Source: Lingula anatina
Lineage: Eukaryota; Animalia; Brachiopoda
Direction of reading: 5' to 3'
DNA: 64,000 nucleotides
Assembly (NCBI GenBank): GCA_051362555.1
Contig: CM120640.1
Coordinates: forward strand, 48,958,788 to 49,022,787
This document shows, one piece after another, positions 37,801-52,800 of the stretch. The position numbers and the translations under genes are program-made. Position 1 is the first letter of the stretch. The number at the start of each line of letters is the position of its first letter. The notes below the pieces were generated by a model. The model saw only the letters and a program-made list of their open reading frames with translations, was not told where the DNA came from and did no database searches.

Positions 37801-40800
37801 CTGGACAAAGTTAACTCCCCATCAGTAGGAGACATTCATATTGTATAACTTGCAATTACAGAATAACTGTGTATTTTACAGTGAATGGTTAAGATAAAAT
37901 ATTTTCTAGGCTGGTTACGGGGCTATAACCTGAAGAATAGGTACATACAAGGAATCTTCCCACAGGCATATGTCTGCATCAAAGATGCCTCCATAGACAA
38001 ATCAGGGTGAGTACAGTGCTCTATCTTATGATATGAGAGGTGAAGCAGCTTCATTTGGTGTCATCCCCTTAAAAATAACTTGATTTAAAACTTCTGTGTA
38101 TTGTACTTGAAATATATTCTTGAATCACTATACCACATTTTTGATTAAGTTGAACAATATTTCTACCTAAGTATTGGTAGATTGTTGAAAAGATCAAATA
38201 TATATTTCATTTGTTTCTCTGAAATAATGAGGTAACTTTTGGCATTCTTGAATATATATGAATATTTAAAAGAAAGATGGCAGTTGAGGTAATATACATC
38301 AGGCCTAATTAAAACTGGTTTATCTGATGGTATGTGCATCATTTTCAGATTAAAAAAGTCTACTTGAGATTGGCCAATGACTATTTGTTGTCCAATAAAC
38401 AGCTGATAACATATTAGGTATACACAGTGATATTGCATATTTAAGTATGATGCACAAGGTGATTTAAAGGCACTTGGTATTTTTTTTTCAAAAAACGGTT
38501 AATTTAACATAATAACATGGGAATGCCAAAAGATGCCATGGCTTAAACCAACTTCATTATAAATTGCCAACTGATTTTTACTTTACAGGGCATATGAATC
38601 CTTGACCACCAAGGAACCTATGATAGTGCAAGAGATTACTTCAGTGCTGAGAGAATGGGGCTCTATATTGAGAAACTTATATGTGGTAAGTGCATTCTGC
38701 ATGGCACTCTCAATTAAAGAAGACATTAAAAACGGGGCAGCTCTGTGGTAGTTAAATTTATCAACTTGTATTAACTTGTCAAGTAGGACTCTCATCATGA
38801 TGGAATCTTACCTAACAACTTTCTTTTTTTTACATGAAGCATATCTCATTAGCATACTTGGCTAAAAATAAAACTGCTCATTGTTCAGCATGTGGATATT
38901 TTGTGATTTTAGAATAATGGTGCCCAGTTTGAGGAGGTCAGAGGCATGATGTCCAGGCTGCTGGATGCCAGGAAAGTGATCATGTCAAGAAAATTAACCA
39001 TGGTAAGAGACATGAAAAGTGAGAGAAAGTATTCAAGTTAACTGTCAGCACCCTGTGTGTCAGTCATCTCTTTGATTTATCTCTAACTAAATACCACTTG
39101 ACACTATTACATGAGATACAGTAAGATTACACTGAATATTCAAAGTGTCTGTCTGTTACATTAAAAGTTGATATTTAAAGGTATGTTTGAACAGTATTTA
39201 TTTTTAAATTTGGAATTACTAAGGATGCTGGAACTTTTAGCTTCAGAGTTTTCATGTTACCTTTATATGTAAGTGCTTTAACTAAAGTGCTAACTCAGCT
39301 TGGAAATTGATCCAAATATATTTCTAATTTGTTTTTCAGGATGAATTGAAAGATCTCCAACAGAAACTCACTGCAATTATAGACATGGGGAATGCGTGAG
39401 TAGAATACAAATTGTGCTTTAGAAATGGAATTCATTTAACACAATTTTTTCATATTAAACTAAAAATAAAAAATATAAATATATAATATATAAAATATAA
39501 AAAATGAAGTTATTCATAAATTATCTAAAAAATTAACTGCTGTGAAACAAAGCAAACTGAACAGAAGCCACTGAATTATTTTACCAAGTTATGTCTTTTT
39601 ACTTCTTATATTGCTTGTGAAGTAGCATAGCATATTTTAAATTCAGCATATTGGGATTGGACTTGGCAGTGAGAGATGAAGATGGTAATATTCTTAACCC
39701 AGAGCTTACTGGAACCATCAAATTATTTAGACAGGTAGGTTAACTATTTCTACGACCTTTGATTTACATATTATCTGTGTGCTTTGGGAATTTAATCATA
39801 AAAAAGCCAATTATCATTTTATACCTTTGTATATTCTAAGTTTTATTATATTATTGCACCATAACTTCAACATAATTAGATACAAAATAACATGTCCAGA
39901 TTTTTTTTTTGCTTAAAAAGGAAATTTTTGTGCTACATCATTAACATTTCAGCATGAACTGGCCATGGAAAGGATAGAGGCAGAACAGGTAAGTAGTATT
40001 TACAGTATTGAAGTATATTTGACATTTATGAATGGCACTGTTTTGAATTGTGAAAAGCAGTTTGAAAGAGAATTTATACAGTAACTTACATAATTAACAT
40101 ACCAAAAAGAAAGTGTCACTGTTATAATTATGCATTTACTCACTGTCATTTATTTTGTATATAATAAATGTCATTTTCAGTCAAAGAATTGCCCCAATCC
40201 TATTGGAAAGCACAAAATAAAGCACCAGTTCAGCTTATTTGTCAGTGTAAAAAACTTTGTGTGCAGAATTGGAGAAGATGCAGATGTGCTCATTAATCTT
40301 TATGATGCCAAAGAAAACAAGGTCTTCACGTAAGTGTGAATATAAAAGTTCCTGATATTTACAGCCTACATGATATATATATTTAGATGGATTAAGTTGA
40401 ATTACATAACACATTGGCAATTTGAAATAATGTGCTCTTATCTCTTTAAACTGTAAAAGTTATGTCATTTTGATAATCTTAATTATTTTAGAGAGAGTTA
40501 TATAATTAATTGGGGCAGCCAGGGTCTTCCAAAGGACATTGAGATGCTCAATAACCTACGTGCCTTGTTCACAGTGAGTATATAAAGCATATAAATTTCT
40601 AAAATTTAGATGGGATGCCCCATTTGCATACATAATGACTTGCACTTGAGTTTGAAATGATCTAGCCAGTAAAGAAATAGGTTGTCTTCTGACAATAAAG
40701 AACAATTTTTGTTTGTTTTCTGACAGTAAAGAACAATGTTTGTGCTAATTGACATATGTTTGCACTTGTGTGGTTTGAGAATGAAATTTATAAAATGGTT

Positions 40801-43800
40801 TTTCTCTCAGGATCTGGGAACAAAGGATCTTCAACGAGAAAAAGTCTTCCTAGTATGTCAAATAATAAGGATAGGTAAATATTTACTTTCTTTATTACCT
40901 ATTGTTCAGAAAGCTTTTTTTTTTCAGTTTTACTTATCCATTTGTTTTAGCATTTAGTGATGGAGTTTTGTTATTTTCTCTTATTTATTTTGCCCTATAA
41001 TATGTGTTACAGTTTTATGCAAGGTGGGCTTAGATATGACTACACACATGCACTAGTTTGAATTTTTATATGAATAAATTTTCATTAAAAAAGCATTTAT
41101 TGACATTTGACTTCTTGAAGTCCAGCCTACCATTTTAATTTCCAGGTTGCATGGATCTTAAAGATGCTGATAACAAGAAGCAGACAACAGGTCTGAGAAG
41201 ACCATTTGGTGTGGCAGGTATGAAAGATAGTAACAAACAGGAAAGAAGATTACTGTTTGAAGTAAACCCTCAGCAACAATTCGAATAATTTATTGAAATG
41301 GGTACTTAGATGCTTTTGTTAAACTTAACTAATTTATATTATTATCATTTCAACATTGAATCTCAGATTTTGTTGGCATCACTTTATCACTGTGTGACTA
41401 TAATCTGTTATTTAATTTTTCAGTGATGGATCTGTCTGAAATCTTCAGAGGCAACGTTGAGGCTAGTGAGGACAAACCGCCACACTTTATCCCTTTCATG
41501 GCGTAAGTTAGAGTAAATATATGAATTTAATTTCATTACAACTCTACTCTAGTGTCATTTTAAGTTTTTCTTGGCTGCTTTCTTAAAAGATGAAACATTA
41601 TGAGCTGGTTTATTTTTTCAGCTGTGGGAAAGAGGATTCCTTAGAAAAAGTAATAAGAAATGCCATCCAAGCCAAAGAGATCAACCACAAGGGTCAGGGA
41701 CTGTGGGTGTGCCTTCAGATACTGCCAGGGGATCTGAACCAGGTAAGACAACATGTGTCTTATGAGAACATGCAGACAGATTAAAAGATACTTGTTTGAT
41801 GAAAGATTGTCATTTTGTGAATCTTTCATACCATTGATTTTTCTTGTTAAACTTGGCCGTCAACTGCAGCCATATAAAGAAGGGCTCAGCATGCATAATA
41901 AAGGATAAATTGAAAATATTTTTCACCAAAATTTAGGTTTCACCTATTTCACTTTTTTTCAAGGTGAAGGAAGATTACCCACATCTGGTAGCAGGGAACA
42001 CTTCTGTAGCCAGAAAGATGGGATTCCCAGAGGTGATCATGCCAGGAGATGTCAGAAATGACCTCTATGTCACCATAATGTGTGGAGAGTTTATAAGAGG
42101 AAACAAGACATCAGATAAAAATGTTGAAGTCACAATTTGTGTTTGCAATGAGAGAGGAGATGTGATCAAAGTAAGTAGCATATGACTGGAGCATAGTTAT
42201 GAAAGATCATGACTTGGGGATGTCTGAGCATATGTATATGTATGATCAGGTTGAAAGTTTTGGCTTTGCATCAAGGTGGTGACTTCTGATGAAAGTTAAT
42301 CTGTGTAGTAGTGTTCATCATAATGATAAAATTTAAAACTCTTCAATTTTTACACATTAAGCTGAAAGTGTACATGAGAGCTGCTTTTTTGTCTCTACAT
42401 AATAGATGAAAGCTCCTTATGGGCTCCGAGCTTTAGTGGATTAATGAAATTAAAGTGTATACTGACTAAAAAGATTAATTTTTTTAAAACATAGGATGTG
42501 ATCAGTCATGGATCTGATGATTTTACCACAGATTACAGGTCTGTAATCTACTACCATAAAGACAAGCCAGAGTGGTATGAGACAGTCAAGGTAATGGATG
42601 ACACCGTGGCCATTTTCATATTCCTGCTGCAGCGGTTACTTTTGTTGAAGAAATTAGAAAATATAGAATAGATTTTTATAACATGTTTGTATTAAGGCTT
42701 AAGACAGAATAAAAATTTGACATATTAATATGTATATACTATCATGAAATAGAATTTTGCTTCTGTGTATGTAGGTGGCAATTCCTATTGAAGATTTCTA
42801 TGGATCACATCTCAAGTTCACTTTCAAACATCGCTCAACCATAGATGGTAAGTGAGATTCACTGCAAGTATAGGATGACTATGATACAGGTTGAGACCAT
42901 GTTGAGAAGTATTTAATATTGAGACGTTTGACTTAGAAGAATATAATTAAAATCAAGTCTAAAAATATTGTATTTTGTTGTATCTGATGCTCATTATTCT
43001 AATTTTTTGTCATGTTGTATTCTAGCCAAAGACAAAACTGAAAAACCATTTGCCATGGCATTTGTCAAACTGATGAATGATAATGGTACCACACTGGCAG
43101 ACAAGGTTCATGATCTGTGTGTGTACAAGGTAAGCCTAGGATAATAGTGTGATGGTTTTTATTAATTTTTTGTATTGGTGGTGAGTTGCTGTTGAGGTAG
43201 GCATAGCAAATTAACAACACAAAGAAGTTTCCTTGATTGTACATTCTTATTGGATGATTAGTAGGGTACAGGTTCTCATTTCTAACTAGAAAAGCACTCC
43301 GAGAGCGCAGACCTCTGCCAAGGCAGCAATTTTTTATTATTATTGATTATTGATTGATCATTGATCCGTATCACCACCAAAAACTAATCACTTCTAAGTT
43401 AACCCATTTCTGACCTACCCTGAAAATTTCATCAAAATCGGTCCATAACTTTTTGAGTTATGTTGATGACGGACAAACAAACAGACAAACGGGTGAAAAC
43501 ATAACCTCCTTGGCAGAGGTAATAAAGCTTAATTATTTTTTTGATAAGATGCAATCACTTTGCTACTTCTTTGTGTTGAAATTGTTTTGATTTCTTGATG
43601 TGCTTGAATACAGGCCCTGTATGCTTTGGTCTGTCAAAGGCATGATGGAGGGCTTACAAAAAAGTAAAAGGATTTACAGAAAAATATGATAAACTTTATA
43701 ATTGTTTACACAATGAAATTTTGACACTCTGTTAGAAATGTATTGATACTAAATGTGGGTTCACTCTGTATTATTTTGGACCAATTTTCATTTATTTAAG

Positions 43801-46800
43801 TAGAGTAAATTTTCTTAAGCATTTGGTGAAAATTGTATATGCTAGCATGAGCCTTTTATAATAAAACAAGTGTAGCTGAAAATATTTGCTACGTACAATG
43901 TTGGAATAATAAAGAAAAAAATCAGAAAATCGACTAATAATACACTGCAGGCTGTGGCTAATTTTAGATGAAACTGCTTTAGAATGTGCATCTTGGCACA
44001 CATAATATGTGAAAATGTATTGATGTATATAGTCTGGGATAAAAGGCATGATTGTAAGGGATTCAGTGTTTCAAAGCTTATGTGGTTGGTATGGCTTTTC
44101 ACTTTCCATGCTATTTCAGGGATATGAGAATTTGAAGGCTCACCATTTACAAGCAGATGTAAATAACGGCATTATGACCTGGTTTACGGCCTATCCTTCC
44201 ATTCCTTTTGATAAAGAATTCTAATTTGATCACTTAAAATTATCACAATTTTTTCCTTTTTATTTGAGAAGAATCAAGAATCAAACAAAAGACTTTGCGA
44301 GGATTTTTGGATAAATAGCCCATAAATGTATTTGCCAGATTTTTATCAGAATCTTTTCATGGTCATTTTTGTGATTCTACTTAGTTATATAGTGCAATTA
44401 ATTGCCTTTCCTAATTTATCCTACATCCCATTTTGCTAATCCTGTTTGATGAACAGATATTTATCTTTTATACATTCCCAATCACCAAACCTATTTTTTC
44501 ATAATTTAATTTTAAGAACTATATTATAACCTTTCCTATATCAGGATTATGGTTTTTAAAGTAAGAATAAATCAGTTTATCTTTTCTTAACCCCAGCATC
44601 AATAAGTTTCTTTAAAAAGAACAACTTTTTTATCTGTGTTCAGTAAAAGAGATGCTATTTACCTAAATCCGATATTAACACCAACATCTTGGCAGATGTC
44701 AGAATTTTTTTGTTTTTTAATAATTTTGATTAGAACAAATTGTATGCTTCCCCCCCCCCCCCTCCCCCCCCCCCTCCCCCCCCCCCCCCCCCCCATCATT
44801 AATCCCTTGGAATATTGAAATAATACTTTGCATGGGTTTTTTTGGGCATGATAGCCTTTGTACTTCATAGAACTTAACTTAGGTCTGCTTTGCATCTGTA
44901 TCTTGGTTGTAGGTTTTAATCTTTAATCAAAGGGCTTGTTAGGATAATTGTTGAAAGTATGAGATTGTTGAAAATTAAAAATGTAAAGAGTTTTTAGGTT
45001 GTTGATTTGCAGATATAAAGTGAAATAGATTTTAATTTTTTTAAATATTGAAATTGAAAATTTGTCGAAATGAATTTATTTTCTTTGATAGAAAAAATGA
45101 CATGGTCTTCATCTGTGTAACTGTGTGTTGTAGCTTGTAACATGTGTGCTTCTTGTATCCGCAACATTACAGGAAATAAAGCCAGGACGAAAATATGAGC
45201 AAGGAAAGAAAGTCTGGAAGAAAAAAGTAAAGGGTCCATTTTCCAAGTTTCTTCTTTCTGGCCACAAAATGCTTGTTGGCTTTGATTTTTGCTGGCAGGA
45301 TGCATTATTTTATGCTAAGGCTTTTTATTGTCATAGATGATTTCATTGATTAAGACAAAAACAGGGGATTACTCAATGCATGCATGTTGTACTTTGTTAT
45401 CTCCCATTAACTTCTCTCATTGGGATTGTTAAATGCTCATATCTTGTTTACTTCCAAGTTATTCTAGTATCTTCTGAAATATATTTACTTTAAGCTTGCT
45501 TTCCCTGCTATCTTAATATTTTCTTTATATTATGTTTAGGGCTGCTTTACTCATGACATTGAAGTGATAAAACTTCCAAATATCCATTACCCTTTGAAGA
45601 TAATTATCCATTTGCTTTAAAATGTGGATTAACATTTGTCTTGTGACATCTCTTAACAGCATAACCCCTTTGATTTATTAGAACAACCTGGGTTATCAAG
45701 TTCATATATATTTTCATAAGTGACTAATCGTAAAATTTGTAAAAAAAAAAAAAAAAAAAAACTCAATAGATTGTATGAAAAAGTTTCTAAACCTTTTTGT
45801 TTTTCCTTATGTGTGTCCAGATTGACAACAAGAAACAAGACAAGCTCATCTACCTGTCTCTGCCTGCCAGCAAGCAAGATCTGGAGAAGAAGGCGTCCAA
45901 GACCGGACTTCCTGTACAAAAACAGACAATTCAGGCTGGACCACTGACCTTCAGCAACAAGGATAGTTTCCAGATAGAGACATTAGTCTGCTCTACAAAG
46001 CTAACCCACAATTGTGAGTGTTAATCCTTACACATACTATCAAAGAGAGAGAGAGAGAATGAGTTACAATGGGACAATGATATATATTTCGATGATACTG
46101 CATATTTTTTTTAGTGAAGCAATACCATTTGGATAAGTTAATGTTTTTATAAATTACCTTAAACAAGGTGTGTCTTGGGATGGGGAAAAAAACAAATAAA
46201 AATTCCACTAAGAATTATAATTTTCTTTGTTAAATGTTTCAGAAAAAAACTGACATGATTTCAAATTTTAGTTGAACTGTTTTAAAGATGCTGTAGTGAC
46301 TGTTCTTTGCTCTATATTTCAGTGGACCTGATGGGTTTACTCAAATGGAGAGACAACCCTGAGGGACTGAAGGAGCACTTGCAGACTCTGATGAAAGTTG
46401 ATGGAGAGGAAGTGGTCAAAGTAAGTATTTAGAAAAAAAAGTTCAGTATGAAGTCAGCTCAAAGTAAATCTGATGTTTGGAAAATGTTTCTCTTCTTAAC
46501 ATGATTGAAGATGTAGAACAGTTTCATTAGCTATGTATAAGGGAGGGGCAGGAAAGGGGGGGGGATCTGACCAAATAGCACACCAGAGGGGGTGACAGGT
46601 TGTCATACCTGTCACAACCTCATTCCCTGATGAAATCTGACTGCAAGCAGATGAAATATTGGATGGTAAGATCAAACTAATATAAATAGCTATAGACAAA
46701 AGAATCTTCACAAGTCTATGATTGAAGATGTTTATAACAGTAGGGCTTTTTATAATCTTATAGAATACAAAAATCCTATTTAACTGTTTGTGACCATTTC

Positions 46801-49800
46801 TTATTTCAGTTCCTTCAAGACACCTTAGATGCCTTATTTAACATCCTGATGCAAAACTCGGACTCAGACCTCTATGATCAAATGGTGTTTGATGCACTGG
46901 TAAGAAAATGTCTTATGCATTTTGTAAACTTCTTGTTCAGCGTTTAAATGAATGCTTGTGTATATTTATGCCTTGGGTTGTATTAACATGCATAGATGTA
47001 TTGTATTAGGTGAAGTTATTTGTGTGGATTGCCAGATGTAAGTATCAAATTGTAAATAATGAACCTGTGATCTCTTATGTGATTTGGTTATTCTAATTTA
47101 TTTTCTCCAACAGGTCTTCATCATTGATCTCATCTCTAACAGAAAATACCACCAGTTCAGACCCGTGATGGAGGTGTACATTGAACAGAATTTCAGTGCC
47201 ACTCTGGTTTACAAGTAAGATTTTAACAGTTAAAATTTACACTGCAATAGTGTGTAGCTCAAACTGGAAAACTTTTTTCTTATCCAGTTGCCAAAACAGC
47301 CTGTTTGATTTTTCTTCTTGAATGTAAATGATTCCCTGTGTAATAGTCAGTGCAGGATGCTACTGCTTTTGGGTGTTGAAAATCTGATATTGCTATGCAA
47401 TTAGTAAATATATTTTATCTCTTCTTGCTGACCAGTAAGCTGATGGTGTGTTTCAAGTACTATGTGGACAATGCACAGGAAGGCAGCCACCAGGATGCTC
47501 TACTTAAAGCCTTGAAATCTTTGGAGTACATTTTCAAATTTATCATCAGATCAAGGCAGCTGTTTGCTACGTAAGTAAAAATAGTTGTCACAGTATCATC
47601 AGTATAATAATTAAAGGAAAAAACACGGTTTAAGAATTTTAGAAAAAATGAAGGTATCGTTTTTGTAATATATGTGATTAATGTTTAGTAATATTATTTA
47701 AAAAAATGTTGTCAACTGAAAGGAATAATGATAAAGGTGAAGTGAAACTAATAATGGTAAGTTTGGGAAGTGGTGGTGGTGGTGGTAATTTGATAAATTC
47801 AGCTTATTAAATGAGATGTGATAAGAATGTAACAATTCAAGTGGGAAATGCTCATTATTAACTTACAGATTTGTGTCTTTCTTGCAGTTTGAATGAGAAT
47901 CGTGGCAACCAGCAGTTTGAAGTATCTCTGAAGCAGCTCCTCCAGTCTATCAACCACCTAATGAAGAATACAGCTGACAACACAGTTCTGGTTCAGGTAG
48001 GTTACCTTTGGGAAAAATTGCGCTAGCACTTTTGTAGATGTTTCTAAATAAAGTTTGAAGTTGGGGCAATGACAGTATTTTTTATAGAAAAATTTATTTA
48101 ATATTTTTTAGGGTGCAGCTTTGAGGTACCTTCCTACAGCAATATTTGATGTTATTAAGGTGTTTGATTCACAGGAACTAAGGTAAGAGATGGAACACGA
48201 GATTCTGTTAGCTGCATAGTGGCTGAAAGGGACTACTATGGGGGGGGGGGGGGGGGTGTGAATTTAGTATTATAACATTAGCATCTAAATTTATAAATAT
48301 AGTTTAAGATGATTGATTGATTGATAATGATGACATAGCTAAAATATTTTGACTGTTGGTCTGTACCATACAAATTGAATCTTAGATCAAGTTCTGATTA
48401 AAGATTTTTCCATATTTTTCTTTTTTAGTCATTTGTTGGTGGAATTCATAAACAATGTCCCAAAGGAAAGACTGACAAAGGAGAAGATCAAGTGTATTCT
48501 TGCCATTGTTCACAGTCGGTTATTTATGTTCCCAGGTGAGACCAAAATAAACCACAATGTAGATAACAGTTATTTTTTGACAAACTTTCAGCTGTTATGC
48601 AATACAATTTACCTTATGCACTTGAAGAAAGCCTGAAACAAGAGTGTTTAGTCCTCCATTTTTCATCTCTTTTGCATTGCCTGATAGCAAATTCCATCAA
48701 TTTTAAAAATTTAGATTCAGTAATGACAAACCTAAGGGAGATCAGTGTCCTTGCTGCTAGACTTAACATTTTCAAAATTAGGGAATCACATGGCTATGCT
48801 TTGCTGTCTATCATAGAGAATTGAGGTCAAGTGCTATTGTTTCACTGTACAGATTGCCGCTACATTCTCCTGCCTATGGTGCTGGCTCACACAAAGACTC
48901 TACTGGAGAGTGGGGAGGAACTGGAGGAGGTGGTCAAGATTCTGGGAGACCTCATGGAGCTGTTGACCAGCCATGAAGTGGTACAGATCATACAACAGTT
49001 GATTCTGTTGCTCTCCTTATTGTTGAATGATGGAGATTGTTTCCATTTTGAAGCTACAAGTTATGGTTGACTAACCAAGTATCAATTGACTGACAACTGT
49101 TTTGTTGTTGTGATTTAGAACTGATTAGTTTAGATATCAAGTTTTCAGTGGAATGGGATTAAAAAAGAAAACATTAAAATACACTTTTAGACCAAACCTA
49201 CATGCCAAAGTGAAAAGCTTTAGATATGTAATAATGTTATATATTGTATTTATGCTACTTATGTTTTGTGCCTAATAATCAGAAAAATTATAAACAATTT
49301 TGTGATTTGCGTATATCACCTTTGACCAATCCCAGGGCCCAGTTCATGATGACCTTTCCATGATAGTGATGGCTATACTCCGGACTGTGATACAGACTGT
49401 TATTACCATGCCAAGGGAGAGACCTTGTATTGTAAGTATTTTGTAATTATGTTTCTAGTTTTGATACAATTTGAACCCTTTTTCACGGACCATCTGTTTT
49501 CAAGTAAATAGTTGTGCTTTATCTTCACTCCTATGAACTGTTTTTTGGTAGAAGAATATTACTCTTAGCAAAATTACTTTCTTTCCCTTAAGGTAAATCA
49601 GGGTGCATTTGGTCTTTTTTAGTTACATTGAATTGGTATAAACATGGACAGGTTTTGTTGAAAAAATTCTTTTTAAATTTTACTATTTTACATTTGACAT
49701 TTATCCCCTGCTTTAGGTTTTATTATATTGAATTTTTTCCTCTCTATATTCCAGGGTAATTATGTAGCTTTGATGACAGCCATGCTTAGACAGATGACAG

Positions 49801-52800
49801 AGCATCACTATGTTCAGTACATCAACCATTTTCCTACTCTGATCGACCTCACAGACTTCCTCATGGAGATTCTCATGGTATTCAGGGATCTGGTCAGCAA
49901 AAATGTCTACCCCAGTGACTGGAATGAGATGATCATGATGCAGAACAGGTGGGATGTAGCAAAAATAGATTTTAGCATTGATCTTTTCTACTAATTAATT
50001 TCATCATCAGAATTATGTGTGCAATAATCATGTGGTATTAAATAAATATTTTGAAATGAAATAATTTCATTTTATTATTCTTTTTTATTTCTAGTGTCTT
50101 CCTCAAAGCTCTCAGGCACTTCTCTCATACCATCAGGGATAGGTTTTCCAGCCCTTTTGAATATCAGGTCAGTGCCATATATGCCCATTAACCTGAAAAT
50201 GTAAGTTTTATTTTAAGTTTTATAATGATTGTAAATGATTTTTTGAAAACTTTAATCTTGCTTAGTAAATGAGATAATTTTTTTTTTTTTTTTTTACAGC
50301 TTTGGAATAACTTTTTCCATTGTGCAATCTCATTTCTTACACAAGAACCTCTACAGCTTGAAAACTTCTCCACAGCTAAAAGGAACAAAATTATCAGCAG
50401 GTAAAATTATTAAATAGATTTAGGGACAGTTCATGGAATTAAAAGCAGGCAAAGATGGTTCATTTGATATTTCTGAAGTTTTTAGCAATTTCACAGCACT
50501 AACGAGTCATGACCTTACTTTTCTGCAAACACCAAATTACATTTTTATACCACTTTCACAAGAACCTTTCATTTCATCTCTGGTGAAAAGCTAAGTTTCA
50601 TCATTGAAAGTGAAGTCATGTTTGGAAATGCGCCTTTCAGATATAAGTGCAGGCTTTCTGAACAAACTATAGATATTTTTTTACAGTCAATATTTCAAAA
50701 TCTTTCTTTTACAGTGTGGTCAGTAATTCTGCAGATATTTAGAAAATTTGGTGATACAATAAATATTCTTCACTATAAACAAAATATCAATTGGAAGGTT
50801 GACAAAGTGTACCCAAATCATAACTGTTAAGTTTGTGCATGTCATACCACTGAGAGTTTGTTATTGATGATTTATTTAATTTTGATGAAATTTTCAATTT
50901 ATTTTGTTTTAGATACAAAGACATGAGAAGAGAGACAGGGTTTGAGATAAGATCTATGTGGTTTAATTTAGGTAAGATTTGGTATCTGAACCTGAATGAT
51001 TTTATTTTTCTATATTTTTTATAGTTTGATACTTGCTTAATACATTGACACACTGACAGTCAGTCCTATGTAAAATTTGACTTATTTTCTTTCAGGCCAA
51101 TACAAGATAAGATTCATTCCAGAAATGGTGGGACCAATATTAGAAATGACACTCATTCCAGAAACGGGTAGGGAACAGAAAACATCAACATAGTACACAT
51201 AGTGCACACAAATTGAATAATATTAGCTTTCCATGTATTGTATTGTTTGTCAATTTTGAAATGATTTGCACCAATTTAATTTCTGTATGGTGCATATTAA
51301 TACGTAAGACAATTACAAGAATTTTCAAATCACAGGGCTTGTAAGCATCAACATGTACTCATTCTGTAAGATTAATGTATCACAAGCACTTTGAATTTGC
51401 ACTCTTGTTCCTTAACTGTGCCTGTATTGTATTGCCATGTTGGATGAATCTGCTTTATTGTTTGTTTTTAGAGCTGCGAAAGGCTACCATTCCTATCTTC
51501 TTTGACATGATGCTCTGTGAGTTCATGCACACTCAGCCCAGTGGAAGGATCAAAGGGAGCTTTGTGTTGGTGAGCACAGAATGTCAAGATTCAGTTATTT
51601 GGAGGTTTAACAAGATTTTCTGGTCATTCTTCAACTTAAAATTATAGAAACAAATTATATCTTATCTTAAAAGTTTTCGTTGTTGTTTGTCAGTTGTCTT
51701 ATTATGGGGCTGTGTTTTTAATTTAGGTGGAAAATGAGATGATCACACAACTAGATGCCCTGGTGGAAGGTGGTAGAGGGGATGAACAATACAGGGACCT
51801 TTTCTTTCAGATGTGAGTACTTATTAGTTTATTTTGAGGGCATGAATCTTTGTACACTTTGGTACAAGTTTATTTTCTTTATTCAACTGTACATGTGTAT
51901 ATATTTTAATGCTATCTGATTCAGTAGATTATATACCAATGCATTCACTTTTTCTAGCTCTGTCATTCTTTCTTATATGAAGCAAGAGAGAAGGATGTTT
52001 TTATTTCCATGTCTTATTTTCTAGAATGTATGGACTTTGTGATGGCCATTCATACATGAAAGAAATGGGGACAGCATTTGTGGAAACAGTTCAGAAGCTG
52101 ATGCAGAGACTGCTGGAATACAGGACTATAATTCATGATGAAAACAAGGAAAACAGAATGAGTTGTATTGTAAATCTGCTGGTAGGTAATCAACTCTTCC
52201 ATCTGATGTTGGATCTAAAGACCATTTATTTCTGTCCAAAGTTATGATGCAAAAGCAGAATAACAGTTTTATCAGGGTTCTCTTTATCCTTAAACATTAC
52301 ACGATCAAAGTTATTAACATGATCATGGAAGGCTTTATTTCTCATCAGCCTGAGCAATTTTTAAGTATCTCTTTTTGGTCAGTAAAATGGAAACATAATT
52401 ACATTTTTTCCTTTATTTCCATTTGCAATTTAGAATTTCTACCATGACATAAACCGACAAGAGATGTACATTCGTTACCTACACAAGCTGTGTGACCTCC
52501 ATCTAGAATGTGACAACTATACAGAGGCAGCTTATACACTGCTGCTGTATTCAATGTTACTTACGGTTAGTAGTACTGTTTACTTTTCTTTGAGATGTTA
52601 TTTGGATGCAAAAATGTGCAATTTTTGTATTTTGTGAAATTTGCATAATATGTCTTCTTTGTGCTGACAGTTTTCCATACTGACAACTATGAACACTTGC
52701 TAAGAGAAATGATGTCTCAAAGGGAGCAAAACCTCAAGCTGTATAAGTGAAAATAAATACATTACAAATTAGGTTGAAAAATGGATGGTATTTGTTATCA

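Noticed and set aside
44636-44895. Poly-Pro and poly-Gly ORFs
   Set aside because: Artefacts of the intronic poly-C tract.
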